Below the pieces are notes generated by a model, which was not told where the DNA came from, did not search any database, and saw nothing but the letters and a program-made list of their open reading frames with translations. Below are positions 1-14,747 of a DNA stretch of 64,000 nt, piece after piece; position 1 is the first letter of the stretch; every line of letters begins with the position of its first letter. The DNA comes from Dicyema japonicum (lineage: Eukaryota; Animalia; Dicyemida): NCBI GenBank assembly GCA_011109175.1, contig RDEW01000033.1, positions 186,001-250,000 of the forward strand, in the 5' to 3' direction. The translations under genes and the position numbers were made by a program.

Positions 1-204
1 ACTCATCTTCGATGGTTTGACTGTTTAGTTTATGTCACCGTCCGTACGTAAAACTCCGCTGTATGTGGAACTCCACAAGGTCCAATCGAAATAAATTTAG
101 TTCTCTGGATAATTCAGATTTTTCTGAGTTGAATGGTGTAATTTTTAATTAAAATCGTTAATAGTTTTAAAAACATAAAGTAGCAAAAAACCAGTCAATA
201 TTAA

Positions 205-2820
205 TAGATTATTATTACATCCAGGATCACTGGGTCAAGAAAAGAAATTAAAGGTTCTCATCTAACTAAGTGATCCCAGACCGACAAGGAGAGGACGAGT
301 CCGGTGGGGTCGAGAATCCTGAACAGCTCTTCTCATTGAACATGGCATCGGCTCAAAATTTATGTGTGATTGTAGATATTTCGATGGTGTATGAAATAGA
401 GGGCAGCTCGGTAAACTAGCCTCCTTTAAGAGTTTCTGTTGTAATTCGATTAAGAAATGTTAATGGGCTGGATTTTGTGTCTGGTCCAATTAACCTTATT
501 GCAGTCTCCTCGATTGCGGATATTTTCAATGAGGAGGATCGTGAAATCTGCATTGCCCATGAAGGACTTGCATGTATCATCGTGGGTCGAATAAATTGTT
601 CATAGATCGTGGCAAGGCCACCAGTTTGGTCTCTAAGTGTTTTTAAGATCACTTTTAAAATTCTCATTTTCTTCAGAGCAGAAGTTACTTGGTTCTCAAC
701 ATGTCTGATAAAGGTGAGTCAAAGGTGACTCACATAATCTTCGGTGTTTTGTTAATAGGAATAGCCTCGTTCTTCATAAAGATTTTTGGTTCGATACAGA
801 GCTGTCTTTTGTAGGTGGTAAACAGTGTGACAAAGGTGTCGAGTCCCCGCGGACTGAGTCGCTGATTAAATGCTTCTGTTGTTGGAGGCAAGAATGATAT
901 CGTCAGCATAGGAGAAGATTAGACAGTTTTCATTACAGGTTTGTCGTTTATGTAGAGATTGAAGAGTTGGGGTGATAGTGGGGAGCCTTGAGGGACTCCA
1001 TTAAGATCTTGATTTGATGTTGTTGCAGAGTACTTGTGCTCGTCTCCTACTTAAGAAGTTGGCAATCCATAGTTTTATGTTTGAGTGGATGCATGTATCG
1101 TAAATTTTCTCAGTAAGGAGTTTTCTTGAGACTGTGTCGAAAGTCTTTGTTAAATCAACAGAAACCAAGACTGTTCGTTGGTGTGGTTTAGTGAATTGAA
1201 TCCCACCGCAATGAACTGGCACAGGGACGTTAAGTATGTTGCTCATCTTCCATTTAGGATGTTTCCAAGCCAAAGTTTCAGGTTCGGATGGATGTTGGTT
1301 TCAAATATTTTCTTTGTTAGGAGTTTCCTAGGGACTGAGTCGAACGCTTTTGTGATGTCCACGGATATAAGTACTGTCCTCTGATAGGGTTTGGGGGAGT
1401 TAAATCCTTCCGCAATGAATTGTGTGAGGGTTGTAAGGTGTGTTGTTGTCGAATGTCTTGTATTTTATCCAAAACAAGCCTTTCAAGGATCCTTGAGACA
1501 GGACTTAGAATAGATATTGGGCGATAGGAAAATGGTTCATCTATTGGTTTGTTGGGTTTTCGGATAGGTCTGATTAGAGACTTTTTCCATTTTCAGGGAT
1601 TGTATTTGTGTTAATGGATAGGTTGAATATATATGCTAATAGTTCCAGGGCTAGATGTCCTAGGTGCTTCAGTTCACATGTGGTTATGTTGTCTGGTCCT
1701 TTGGCCTCTGAGTTGTTGGCTTTGGATATGGCTCTCCGAACATTCTGACTAGTAAATAGGATCCAGTCATCGGAGCGTTTTGGTTCAATCTTTTTCAGGA
1801 ATACTTGGTGTTCTTTTGAAAACTTTTGTAGGAGATAGACGTATAATATTTTATCAGAGTGTCTGGTTTTATGTAGACTTCGACTTTTCTCTCTGGGGAG
1901 GATCTTTTGATGTTCTTGATCCACTTCCACACTCTCTGCATTGGGGGATTTTTGCAGAGAGCCTTTGATAGTCTCGTCCATCTATTTGCATTTTCTTCCT
2001 TTATGTTTGTCGACCTCTCCGTTCAATTCTTATTTTCTGGTGTTCTCTTCTGTTGGCGATTTACCATCTTTAGATTATTTCGTTCTCTGATCAGATGTTT
2101 CGTCATTGTGTTGAAACGTTTTGATGACGTTGGTTGTCTCCCTATAGGAATGTACTTCTTTTTCGCATCGTTTATAATGGAGTTGAACCATTTCACTAAT
2201 TGTTCGACGGAGGGAAAAGTGGGGAAATTTAATAGTCCAATACAATTATCGACGTATTCCTTGAATCCTTTCCAATTCGCAAGGCTGTAGTTAGTTATTG
2301 TTGGGCATTGTCCTTTTATCCGTGACCTTGTTTTGACCTCCAAAAATATTGGGTTGTGGTCACTCCTGGTGTCATACTTCACTGACCAGTCAATAAGTGG
2401 GGCCAAGGACGGTGATGACAATGAGATGTCGATAGAAGAAGGTTTATCATTACGTCGAGTAGGTGTTCTTGTATGAGATGCAGGATCGTTGAGTATACAT
2501 AGGCTGTGGAGGTCCTCAATTATCATCTTCCCTCTTTTGTCGTAGGTTTGTCCTGTCAGCCACAGTGGGTGCTTCGCATTGAAGTCACCACAGATAATCA
2601 CATCCTTTAGTGACGCGAGAGGAGTGAGTCTGGGGGCACTGGATGAGCAGGAACTCAGTGGTGGGAGATATGCGTTGACAATTGTTATTGATAGTCTTGG
2701 GAATCGTATTTTGGTAACCAAAAGTTCGAGATTCCTTATAGGTCCACCCGTGAAGATAGGGAAAAGTGTGGTTCTTTTTTTAAATGCCATCACGTCGTTG
2801 GCGAGCCACATGACATTTTT
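205..2820 (-). mobile_element. Ingi/Vingi-like non-LTR retrotransposon (APE endonuclease + RT), 5'-truncated, frameshifted
   Basis: ORF 2023..2811 has APE motifs (IVNAYLPP, ICGDFNAKH, SSIDISL, SDHNPI). ORFs 1574..1981 and 1001..1273 have RT motifs (AKGPDNI, VSVDLTKTFDTV). The 3' end has a stem-loop and a (TAA)n tail near 205-277. Confidence 0.85.
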
Positions 2821-2999
2821 ATAAAATTTCTTTATAGTTAGTCAATTAGTCACTTTTATAAGATTTTTAATAAGAAACAATAATTGCATAAAAGATTCCA
2901 AAACATATTCAAAAAAGGTTTTTTAATTATAATTTTAGAAAAAAAATATGATCAAAGCTACTTCTCATGTGGGTATTTTCAGAATGGATCTGATTTACG

Positions 3000-3500
3000 G
3001 TAACAGCAGAATGTGTAATATGCCATCATATAATGCCTAACACATTTCTTGCTTCTGCCAAAATATCAAGACATTTAGTGATGAAGCAACCTCATTTAAA
3101 GGATAAAGATATTTCCTTTTTTTCAAAACAAATTGAATACATCTACAAGGTGCAAGTTGGAAATGTCCACGGCAACTTAAAATCGACCATCTTATGAAGT
3201 ATACAATTATTTTAAGTAAATAGGTGAGTTATCTTGTAGCACGCTGTGGAGAGCCACATACAATTGCCGAAAATGTTATAAATCCATGTTCAAAAAAGGA
3301 TCATCCATACAGAATTTAGATGATTGTCACATTGAAGGGTATTGCAACGTTTGTTCGGATTAAGAAACGAGCTTGTTGTGTTTCTCAAAAAACGAAATTA
3401 TCCAATTTACAAAAATTTGGAAAACAATCTTTGGTGACAGATAACTGCATATTTGGAAAAACTGAATAAATTTACATTATCGCTACAAGGAAAATATCAA
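3000..3500 (+). mobile_element. Decayed hAT (Buster/Charlie-like) transposase fragment
   Basis: Broken translation around 3225-3290 (YLVARCGEPHTIAENVINPC) resembles the N-terminal half of Buster/ZBED5-type transposases; many stops. Confidence 0.55.
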
Positions 3501-4552
3501 AATTGTTTTTATTTTTAACGATAAAGTTCGCGGAACCAGAAAAGTTAACTAATTTGAGATTCCACTTTTGCCATGCATCTCTGGATACGCGCTATAAGTC
3601 GTTTCCATCCTCCCCTGTTTCTCACTATATAGATCAGTTTGAAGACGGATTTTGTGTTGTTATTGTGATCGGGTTTCCAAATTATGAGCATATTTGTAAA
3701 ACTATTTTTTGAAATTTTATTGTTAATTAGGGCTCCTAAATTTCCCTTAGTCTGATTCCTTTTTATAATCGAAGCACATAGAAGTATTATCGCTATTATT
3801 TTCGCTTTATCCGCAGTCCTGAAATTTCCCGATCAACCTGATAAACTTTGACGTGCTGGGGCCAAACATATTGAAGAATGTGTTTATCTTGGAAGCAGAT
3901 CACTAACCATGCTTAACCTTATCGGATATCGCAAAGAGGGAGAAGGAAAGTAGAGAAAGGAGCTGGCTTATTGAGGTCATTCCCTTCAAATCATCATGGG
4001 AAATGGGTTTTCTATTCTGATAGTACTTATAGTAGTTGTTAACTGTTTGTGTAGCTGAAAATAAAACAAATTTATTAATCAAAGTTTATCTAACTATAAT
4101 TCAACTTAATATTGTGTAATTGAGACGCTCGAAAAAATTTCGAGATAAATTTTAATAAAAATACATTTATTTGGTGGATTTATAAATTTTCCAATAGTTT
4201 TATTATCCATTTATAGGTGCCATTTTAGCGGACATTTTTTGAAACTTTAGTTGCCATAAAAATTGCCCTATTATAAGCTTATCCATTGAAAGTGAAAGAC
4301 AGTATCGAAAACTCGTTCAGGGCGATATTTAAACTGATAAAAATATTCCTTGATTCAATAATCTAAGATACTCTCCTGAATATTATCCGTTCCATTATAG
4401 GATTATCATATGTTGACAGGTTTTATTTGGTTTTCCCTGTTTTGAGACTGATAACTGACAATTTTCACTCATTGGGAGGGTAATCAAGATTCGCGTCAAA
4501 CAAGCTTTGAATTGTTTCAATGGATTTTGGTCTACCTTTGAACAGTTTAATT

Positions 4553-5657
4553 CAGTGGTTCCCAACCTTTTTGAGAACACTTAACCCTATCGACATTTTT
4601 CATTTTATACGGAACCCTTGTATAGTTTTTAACAATTATCAGTATTTTAATAATATAAAAAAATCAAATGCTAGTTAGTGAGATGGTTGAGGCTTATGTC
4701 TCTTGCAAAGCTCTGTAATATTTGTCCTTGTCCTTGACAGGGATAAACACAGGTCTTCTTCCACATACATTAGGTTCGCGTGTTTTTTATGATATATATT
4801 TGTTAATGCAGAAAATCCACTTTCACAGAGATAAGAAAACTGGACCAAAACTCTTAAAGCTTTGTTTGCCAGTATAGGATATTCTTTTTTGACACCAGCC
4901 AAAACGAATCAATATCAAGCTGTAAATATTCCATTTTTAACGTTCTGTCACTTAAAACAAACGCAAGTTCTTCCTCTTTAATGATAGCTCGTTTCCAGTT
5001 ATTTCGTACTCAACACAAGGATTCCTCACCCAATCTAGAGTGCAACTGATATGGGAAGAAAATAATTATTCGTACATGTAAATAGTGACTTCGAATAGTC
5101 TACAATTTGTGGAACAATTTCTTTAAAATTTCCTTCTTGCAATTGAGGGAAAATTTCCAAGTTTCCATTCGTGATATGTCGTATCCATATTTGTAGTTTT
5201 TTTCAGAAAAGCAGCTATTTTTTCCGCGCAACTCAATAGATTTTCATTTCTTCCTTGCATGCTGCTATTGAGAACATTGAGTTCATAAAAAATATCGGCG
5301 AGGTATGCTAATTTGCAACACCAACATTCATCATTGAGGCATTCAATAAAGTCATCCAACTTCTCTTGTATACAAAAGCCAACAATTCGTGTCATAGTTG
5401 ATAGAAACGAATTAACATGTTTCCCTTTGAGAGCCATCAAATTAACATGTTTTCCTTTTCACCGCAAACAACACAAAGTGGTAGAGGGCAATCCATGTCC
5501 CCAGTCCATGTGAAACCAAAGGCAATATAACTTTCTCGATACGATTGAACTTTAAGATATGCACTGTCACCAGACTCCATTTATACACGCGCAAATTAAA
5601 TAAATTCGTTTTGAAAAAAAAATTTTAACTTTGCGGAACCCATGTTGGGAAAAACTG
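4553..5657 (-). mobile_element. Internally deleted hAT (Buster/Charlie-type) DNA transposon with TIRs and 8-bp TSD
   Basis: Left end CAGTGGTTCCCAACCTTTTT at 4553; right end reads CAGTTTTTCCCAACATGGG on the minus strand from 5657. Identical flanking 8-mers GTTTAATT (4545-4552, 5658-5665) fit the nnnTAnnn Buster target. ORFs 5123..5440 and 4675..4902 encode the transposase C-terminal region (KLAYLADIF, SYLCESGFS). Confidence 0.92.
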
Positions 5658-6181
5658 GTTTAATTCATACGTGGTTACAATAATTATTTACTGGATTTGT
5701 CATGTTCAATAAGTTCTTGAAAAATAATTTCCATAGGGTCAGCCCCATGAATCTCATTGAATAGTTAAAAGATTTGAGATACTTCTCTTGCGTCGAAATT
5801 TATCCGTTTGTTTTTCCAGGAAAATGATTTTAATTTTTCCATCCAATGGCACATCAATTACTTCACTCAGTTTCCTTATGGATTTTTTAACTTTACAAAT
5901 AATGGAACGAGGAGGTTGCTAATCGTTAAATAGTAACTATTTTGGTTGGTTTCCAAAAGTAGCCGGTAATGGGAGAATGAATCTAAGGACATTTCCTTAA
6001 TGAATATGTCGTCATAATCAAATTGATTAATAAAGAATTACGACATTCCTTCAGTGATGAATTTGCGTAGGTCATACAAATTAATTGTCAGATTGCGTAT
6101 ATAAATATTAAATTAAATATTTTGTAATTTTATTATTTAAATAAAACAGAGGGTTTTATTATTTCCAATCGTGGCGACATA

Positions 6182-7862
6182 ATGTCCACAAATAATCAAC
6201 AAGGCCATGTATTTTTTATTGAATAAATTAAGGATGCTGAAATTAACCAACAAAACTCACAGGATAGTGATGACTCTAGTCCAATTAAGGCAAAGAAGAG
6301 AACTCAGTACTCTCAGAATGAGGAATCATCAGTTGTCTTTTTATATAAATAAAGAATTCATGTCCGATTTGTCTTGAACCCTGGACAAACTATGGGCCAC
6401 ATCGGCTATGTTGTCTTCGTTGTGGACACTTATTCGGCTTAGAGTTAATAAAATATAAATTAAGGTGTATTCGTCGATGGTTGAGTAATTCATGTAACGA
6501 CAGATGTCCAAATTGTAACAAAAAGGCTAGAAGAAGTGATATCAGATTGATTTATGTTCAGAAGACTCACAGTTTACTATTAATATAACAAAGGCTGTCG
6601 ACAATGCTGAATTACAGGCAATCAGGGAAGGAGCTGAAATAGAAAAGAAACGAAGACTGGTGGCTGAACGAGAGATTGCTTCACTTAAAATGCACATTGA
6701 GGAATTGGGGGGAGAAATTAAATATTTAAGACGACGAGAGTCTACCTTGGTCAGAAATGATATTGATCAACTTGATTTATGGCATTATGAGGGAGTATGG
6801 AGGATTCCAATGCCTGCAGGGGTTTACGGTAATATTATTAAAGGACAATGCAAGATATCGAGTTATGACTCATTTTAATGAGAATTTGATTGTCACACGT
6901 CGTTCTATTGGACAACAAACTAATATTTTTGCTGGCTTTGGTGTCAGAAAGTTTAATACTTCTGATTTTGGGAGTTTTGATGATATTCATTTACATGGAG
7001 GAGTTATTAGAGATTTGGCCTTACAACCACAGTCCTCTAATATATTGTTGTCTGTTGGATTCGACAAATGTGTGAAGGTAACAGATATGAACAACAAACT
7101 TGTCCTCTTTAATAATTTGTCTGTGAGTCCCTTGTGGTCTTGTTGTTGGAATCAATTGGAGGACTATTATTTTTATACAGGAAGTTCAAATGGGATTGTA
7201 GAAGTCTTTGATTTAAGAAACCCCCGTTCTTTCGTACGTCAACTACAAATTCACAATACATCACCAATAAATAGTCTTCACTTTGACCATAAAGAAGGGA
7301 CGTGTTGTCTATTAGTAGGCCATTCCCAAGATATGTCCTTCCATATTAGTTGTGAGAGTGATAACTATAGAAGGATTGATTGTCCACTAAACTGTATTTA
7401 TTAATATTATTTAGCCATGATATCCTCAATAGCATTTGATAGACAATCACGACATATATTATCAACATATAAACAAAATAATAATTCTCAATTAAATAGA
7501 TTAGAAGTTTATTATTATTTAATATTAAGTTATATGATTTTGATAAACTGTTGAATCATGATGGATATAGAGGACCATGTCATGTCTTCTGTAATCCTGG
7601 ATCTGGTCCTTTGGTACAAAAATCAGCTTTGTTTCAGAGACCTAATTACCCAGATGATTTGATTATTTGTTCTACTGATCAACAAACTCCTAGATTAAAC
7701 GTATTTTCAACCGGATGTCCTCATTTTATGAGACAGGTCCCTGTAGACTCTGTTCCCTTAGATATTTTAGCTTATGGATCACGACAACCATCTCACAAAG
7801 ATTTGTTGGCTGTCCTTAATTCTAAAACCTTACAAATTTTCAGATTATCTCAAAAGAATTAG
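6182..7862 (+). CDS. RFWD3: E3 ubiquitin ligase RFWD3 (RING + coiled coil + WD40), 7 micro-introns
   Basis: Spliced translation gives RING [34 protein letters not shown]...CPNCNKKARRSDIRLIY and WD40 GFGVRKF...IRDLALQP...PLWSCCW. Introns are 21-24 nt (e.g. 6209-6232). One junction (6556/6572-6593) is ambiguous. Confidence 0.9.
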
Positions 7863-8149
7863 TATTTTCACACTATTTTTATAATTTAATATATTTACTA
7901 ATAAATTTGCTTATTTATATAATGTCTTCAAAAACACACGAACCCCTTATAGACCACCCACAAACTATCATTAAATTTCTGATTTTTTTACTTTGAACAA
8001 TTAAAAAAATTCGGGTACTTTCTGTCATTGACAAGTCCACAGTAGAAATTAAAAAGCTAATTGACACATTTCAAGAGCCAACTAAAACCTATCGGAAAAA
8101 CTACAATTAAAAAAATCTCTCTAACAAAATATTACGTAAAATTTCCCAC

Positions 8150-8900
8150 TAGGATCATCTTCGCTCAGAAATTAGAAGAGAACCAGAATCTATTTTATTG
8201 AAAACGAGAACAGTGTTGATCTCAATGTAAACAATACCAAAATCCCATTCAGTAAATCCCACATAATCCACTGATAACCTTTGATATGCACATTTTAACA
8301 ATATTTCCGTCTGGTTGGACAAAAATCTATTTTTCCCTAAAAATCATTAATAACCTTCGACAGTATTACCGACAATTTATGCCCTACTATGTTATTAAAC
8401 AAGCTATTCCAGTCTTAAAACCTCAAACTAGTGGGTTTTATCTTCGACACTCGTATTTCATTCGCAAAACCAGTTTCTCACATTAGCAGGAAAATCATAG
8501 AAAAACCTCAACTTGCTCAAGACTGTGTAACAAGGAGTATTTAACACTTATAGACACATCATTAACAATAAAATGAACTATGCTGTTCTTGTTTGGAGAA
8601 TTTGTATTTTTCAACTAACCTTGAAAAAATCTAGACGGTTAAGTCCTTAGAATGATAACTAAATGCATGAAATTCACTCTGACCAACCACCCCCTGGGAT
8701 AATTGAACCTCCTGAAAAAACGATTCTAGTCTCCGTTGATATTGAGAAAGCTTTCGATTTTATAAGACGTCCACTCATGTGCAAAGTCATCTTACTAAAT
8801 TTTCCAAATCAAATTACAAAATGGATAAGTAATTTCATTTAATTTATTCCTAAGTGATTATGAAAATTTCCTATGCAGAGGACTTAAGAATAGCAGCAAA
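8150..8900 (+). mobile_element. Decayed Ingi/Vingi-like LINE RT fragment
   Basis: Fragment PPEKTILVSVDIEKAFDFI near 8705-8765; surrounding frames are broken. Confidence 0.6.
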
Positions 8901-9113
8901 AATGAAAATTATCAAAATGTAAAATCAATGAAAATTTACCCTTTTTTAGGCCCTCCTTTGACTACTCCGCCTCACCGGATTCGATTATTATTATTATAAT
9001 TGAGCATCCTATGGAAACGCCAGTTTTCTTTACTTAGAGGAACCGGGGGAAATTAATTAAAAAAATATAAAATATATATTTAAGAATAAATATATTTTAA
9101 ATCACGTGTATTG

Positions 9114-12100
9114 ATGTGTGACACAACTCTGACATTGGAAGATAATGAAATGTTAAAAGATTTAAAGTTTAAAGTAAATTAAAATTAGATACGAATCAAA
9201 TATCTCTCATTTGTTTAAATATAAAGAATTATTTAAGAAAATAAGGAGATTACTAGAGAAAGACCTAGAAATTGAAAACAGTGATAAAATAATGGAGTAC
9301 TTCAAGAGAATAATACTAACAGGTATTGATAAATATTATTAGAGATAATAATTACTGTTTTGGAATTTTAAATTCTATTATATTCAATTACGTTTGGTTG
9401 GATATTCACAATAGTGGACTCACTTGGGATCACTATATGAGAAATATTTTGGAAAATAATGTTTGTGGAGGTAACTTTTATTTTTACAAAGACTTATCAT
9501 TTGATAATCTTCCTCCAAAATCTAAAATTGTCTTTCTCTCAATTTGCTCGCATTTTGGCTTCATAAACAATGATATTTATTTTCTGACTGATTCTGTTTT
9601 CTCTCAATTTAAAAAAATTAAATATATGTATTTTATTATTTAATTGCAGATTATATGCTAACACTAAACATGCTATAAAGTCACTACATTTATGGCTCAC
9701 ATCAATCATGTTTGTATTTTTTATTATTTAAAATATTAAATAATAAATATTTTAGAAATATATCAAATAACACTGGAAATAACATATCTGATATTATTGA
9801 CTTTACATTAAATACAATTGGTGTTGTGTCAAGAATTAAAAGAAAGGTGTTGTTAATATTATATTAGAAAACACATTTTAAATGTCAACTACTTGTGGAG
9901 ACATGTTTTACTCTCTTTCAACAAAATAATGCCTCCCACCTCTTTATTGATGAAATACGAAAATTAAACTGTGGGACATATGTGTTCTCTTGTGCTGTTA
10001 ACATTTTATGCAAAACTTGTTTACTCTCTGAAGATATGATTATAACTCTGTTAAAATGGTGTTCTCTGCCAGACTCTAACATTAATGAGGTATATGTGAT
10101 TTATTTAATAGAGACTGGTCGTATGTACTCATCACTATTGAAGACTGTACCAAAGTCAGTTGATTTGGTTAGAACCCATATGAGGATTATATCAGAATGT
10201 GAAGATAATCCAAATTTCTTAATTAAAGTATTAATTCCCAGTCTATCACAAGTAAATCCTATTATATTGATTGAAATATTATGTGATCCATTAATTGTAG
10301 AAAAATGTTTATTTTATTAATATTTTAGCATTTACTTTTAACACATTTTATGTGTGTTTTGTGATGACAACTATTGATGTTATTAGTACTGCACATTATA
10401 GGAGAAAATATCATGAATACTTTAATAAACTTTATTCCATTTACTTTACACAAAACCTTCAATTTTTTGAGAATAATTTAAAGAGTTATTATTCAAAGGT
10501 AAAATAATTAATATAAATAGATATTTACTCCCACACTGTCTACTCTATGTAAATATTCTATTATGAGTGATTATTATAATAGATCACTTTGTATTATTGA
10601 GGACTACTTATCAATCTTTTATATTGAAAATAATGAATCAAGAATACAAACTATGCATATCTTTCATAAAGTATTATTTAATTAATTATTAGTTTATTAT
10701 ACAAATTAACACTCAACTTAATAATAATTCACTATCTCATATTATAAAGGATGATTATATGGTTTATTATTAATTAATTATAGAAATTTATATTATCCAT
10801 CATTAATTCATGTTGGAACGGTCTAATCCTCCCAACTCCATATTGGAAGAGAACTGTTATTCTCAATATTCTTAATAATATCTTCACTACTATAGACAGT
10901 CAAATATTATCCAAAATTTATAATCAAAATTCTATTCATACATCTGTCCTTGTACACTTACTTGGTGATCCTTATCCATCAAATAGAATGATTGTGATCA
11001 ATCTACTAAAATATATGATATATAAATCAGTAATTAATTTATATAATAATAGGATAAAAATGATATTATAAATATTATTATATATTTATTAAAATGTGAT
11101 TGTATTACAACAGCATCATGTAGTACATATTTGGTTATGTATTTACGGCATTATGAGGGATATTGATGATTATATATTTAATACATGTTTTGATATTCTC
11201 ACACAACAAGTTAGTAGCATCTCTAAGGATATTGATTCACAAACTCCTCTTTATTCTTCTCTCAACTTAATTGCCTTTCTATTTATTAAAATTTGGTAAT
11301 TTAGTTATACTATTATAGTGAGAATGGAAATGTTATATTTATTAACAAAGTTTTAAGCATTTGTAAACAAGTGAGGGATATTGTGATTCCCCATCTTATT
11401 GACTTTAAATCAGATCACTATGGTATTATCATTATTAATGTTAGAATCTACAATAACTTCATGTGTTTGGAGATCAACCAGGCAAGTTGTTAGCATTTAT
11501 TCACATTTATTTAAATATGAAATATTTAGTGAAATATCTAATCATATTGTATAATATCATTATTATTATTAGATTCAAGATATTATAAGTTTTTTTACTA
11601 CAGATATGATTCAGTGTCCTCATAGTGGACTATTTACTTGCTCTGAGTTTTACTGGGTTTGTCGTGCTTTGTGGAATGTGTTTTACTCTAATCCTAATAA
11701 TAATAACTATGGAATATCTAAATGGCTCTCTAATTTGTATAATTATATATCAACAAACGAATCATCTAGTTTTGTAGTAAGAAGTTGTGGAGGGATGTGC
11801 TTTATAGTGAAGGTTATAACCAATGTGATTGTAGAATGTTATAATATCAGAAATGGATGTTGTTAATAACAGTAAAACAATATCATTTGCATTTATTGGA
11901 GAATTAATATCACTACTACAGTCATTCTTTGTTGAAAACAAAAACATAAATGTATACAATATGTTCATGATAGAATGTATCATTGATTTTGGGTACATTT
12001 CCTGATTTGGTTGCTGACAAGAGACTCACTGAACTTATGGAAGAACATTTGGAATCATTATGTGTTATATCAGTGATGGGAATTTCTAATAAAGACTGGA

Positions 12101-14233
12101 AGGTTAAAATATTTATTTATTTAATAGATTAGAAATTCGTGTAATCAACTATTTGGGTCAATTGCCTATAGATTATTAGGAAATACTAAAACTAATGAGA
12201 GGGAATTATCATGGTTTTTATTACTTTGATTACTAGTGTTACACTGTCCTTGTTCTTTGATAGATATTACATATTGGGGGATTATTTGCTAAAGACATTG
12301 GATCATATTATTCATAACGAATGGCCATGTTTTCAGTATTTATTATATTTGTTTGTTAGGAATAGTCATAATTGTCTGTTTTCTATAGTATTACTATTTA
12401 ATAGAATGCATTCTGACTCTCAACATGTACAATTTATCCGTCTTCAGTCACTTATTAAACAGTAATTTATTAAATTATATAATAGACTTGCAATTTGTTC
12501 AATATACAGAATAAGAGTTATTGCTGCTGAATTGGCTGTTACTCTTACCACTGATTTTCTTAATAGTTTATTTGCTTTACTGGAACAGTTAATGATTGTA
12601 GACTTTACTAATAATAATGTCCTTCATGGAATGCTTCTGCAGGTTATTATATTTACTATTTTAGGTTAAATTACTTTTAAAGATTATAATAACCAACAAA
12701 ACACCCATCTGTAGCCATAATTCATTAAAATTGGCAAAGCTTATAAAAAATATAAGTAAAAAGTAAATTCAATAATTAATATTAGATTTAAAGATAATCC
12801 TTGTAAATATTTCATTAATGATTTATTTATGAGTTGTGTTATTAAAATGTCAGTATTTACTAATGATTTCTCATTTTTGATTGACTATTTGACCATTTCC
12901 ATTACAAATATTAATTTTGTGGACGAACGGGAATTCTACTCTAAGGAATATTCTTCATCTCTCATTGAAAGAACTATAAAACTTATTTGTGAGTTTCCTA
13001 ATCTAAGGGATTGTTTGTTACCCATTTTATGTGTGGAGAATGTAATAATCAAATTATTAAAATATTGTAATCAAAATGTAGTAATAAAACTATGCAATTT
13101 TACTCCATATAATGAATTTGTGTTTAACACGTGTCTCAGTGTTATATACAATGGTGACACACATTGTCTTAATAATGTTTGCTTTATTTATTAATTTAGT
13201 CACTCATCTTTGTTGGAAATATGAAATATTTGTTATCTCCGTCATCCGATCTTTCTCAGGTTTATATGATCTCTTATATTGTAGTCATTATTATCTATAA
13301 TGAATGAATCAAAGTAATGTGGATTATTATATTTAGTAACTCTGAAGTAATTGCCAATGCATTTGTGTTAATTGGGATATTCAGTGATGTGCCTGATATT
13401 ATTAGAGAGTTCTCACAGAGTTTGTTTTCTTATCATAGAAAATGTGTTGTGTTGTATATTACTGATTTGTTTACTCATAAAATGGAAAATATTAAATTAT
13501 TTGGTGATAATCATTTTGTCTACCCTATTTAATGTCTTTATTTCCCTTATACAGGATGAGGACGATGAAATTAGATTTTTGGCTACAAAATGTGTTATGA
13601 CTACAAATTATTCTCTTAAACTACAAAATGGTAATATTTGTGAATATTCTAGTAAACCATTTGAATGTATATGCGAGTTTGGAATTATTTATAAATATTT
13701 TCACTGACTTATTGGATAATCCTTTGAGAATGATTATCATTATTGCAACATGCTTGAGTGAGTGTGATTACTTACCCATTCCCGAATATTCTAATGAGAA
13801 TTTATTTGATAATGAATTAATTAATATTTACAAAGACTATGTCTCCAACAATAATATCCTGTCCAGACATTTAATTTTGAATTATACAAAGATTGTACAA
13901 AATAATGTAAGACTAGACCATTCAAGTCTATCCACTGTAAATGATTTGTTTGTCCAATCAGTCCGTCTTTTACGTCAAAATATTCAAATTCTCACCAATA
14001 GAAGTGTTTTTAGTAGTTGGAATGAATATAATATTAGCTGCTGGATTTGTCACTCTCAGTCTCATTTACTCAATGTTATTGTTAATTTGGTCAATGTTGA
14101 TGAATTGGGATCTGAAAATATACAATTTTGCAGAAATTTAGTGGACTGTGATTATAATTTTATTTACGGAGAGACACGGGATTTAATTAAGGATGTTATT
14201 ATAAATATTCGTAAACTTTTTGATTCCTTTTAA
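9114..14233 (+). CDS. THADA: THADA/Trm732-like tRNA 2'-O-methyltransferase regulatory subunit, many micro-introns
   Basis: Long chain of exons with GT-AG introns of about 21-45 nt. Motifs VRSCGGMCF (cf. RRSAGIP in DUF2428), SIYRIRVIAAELAV and LIQDEDDEIRFLA match the THADA layout. Not every junction was resolved. Confidence 0.7.
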
Positions 14234-14747
14234 TTATTTGCTTATTTTCACTAAAACTGTTGATATTGATTATCTATGACTCCCGCTGACAAGACTGACA
14301 ATTTATTAATATCATCTTCACTAAGATTTCTTAACGAAATTTAATTAAAATAGGAATAAACACAATACATCGGCCCCGTGACTATTCCCTTTCGGGATAT
14401 GAGCTTGAATGTAATTTCTCCAGAGAGTTATGAAATATTATAGATTTATCCAAACCAATCAATAATTCTAGTACATATTAAGAATATAAAAAATAATAAT
14501 TTACCACAATTTAATATCAATTGATTACGTGTAGCGCTGATAAATTAGCATTAATACATAAAGCAATCGTTACTATGGCGCCGTTCTGCAATGGTAGTTA
14601 TCATTTATTGATTCAAGTTCGATCAAAATAAATTTAAGACAGACTTAATTGTTAGATTAAAGAGTATATTGTACTATTATATCCTTAGAGCCTAAAGGTG
14701 AAGAATCCAAACAAGTACTAAATTCTTACATAAAGATTAAATATTGT

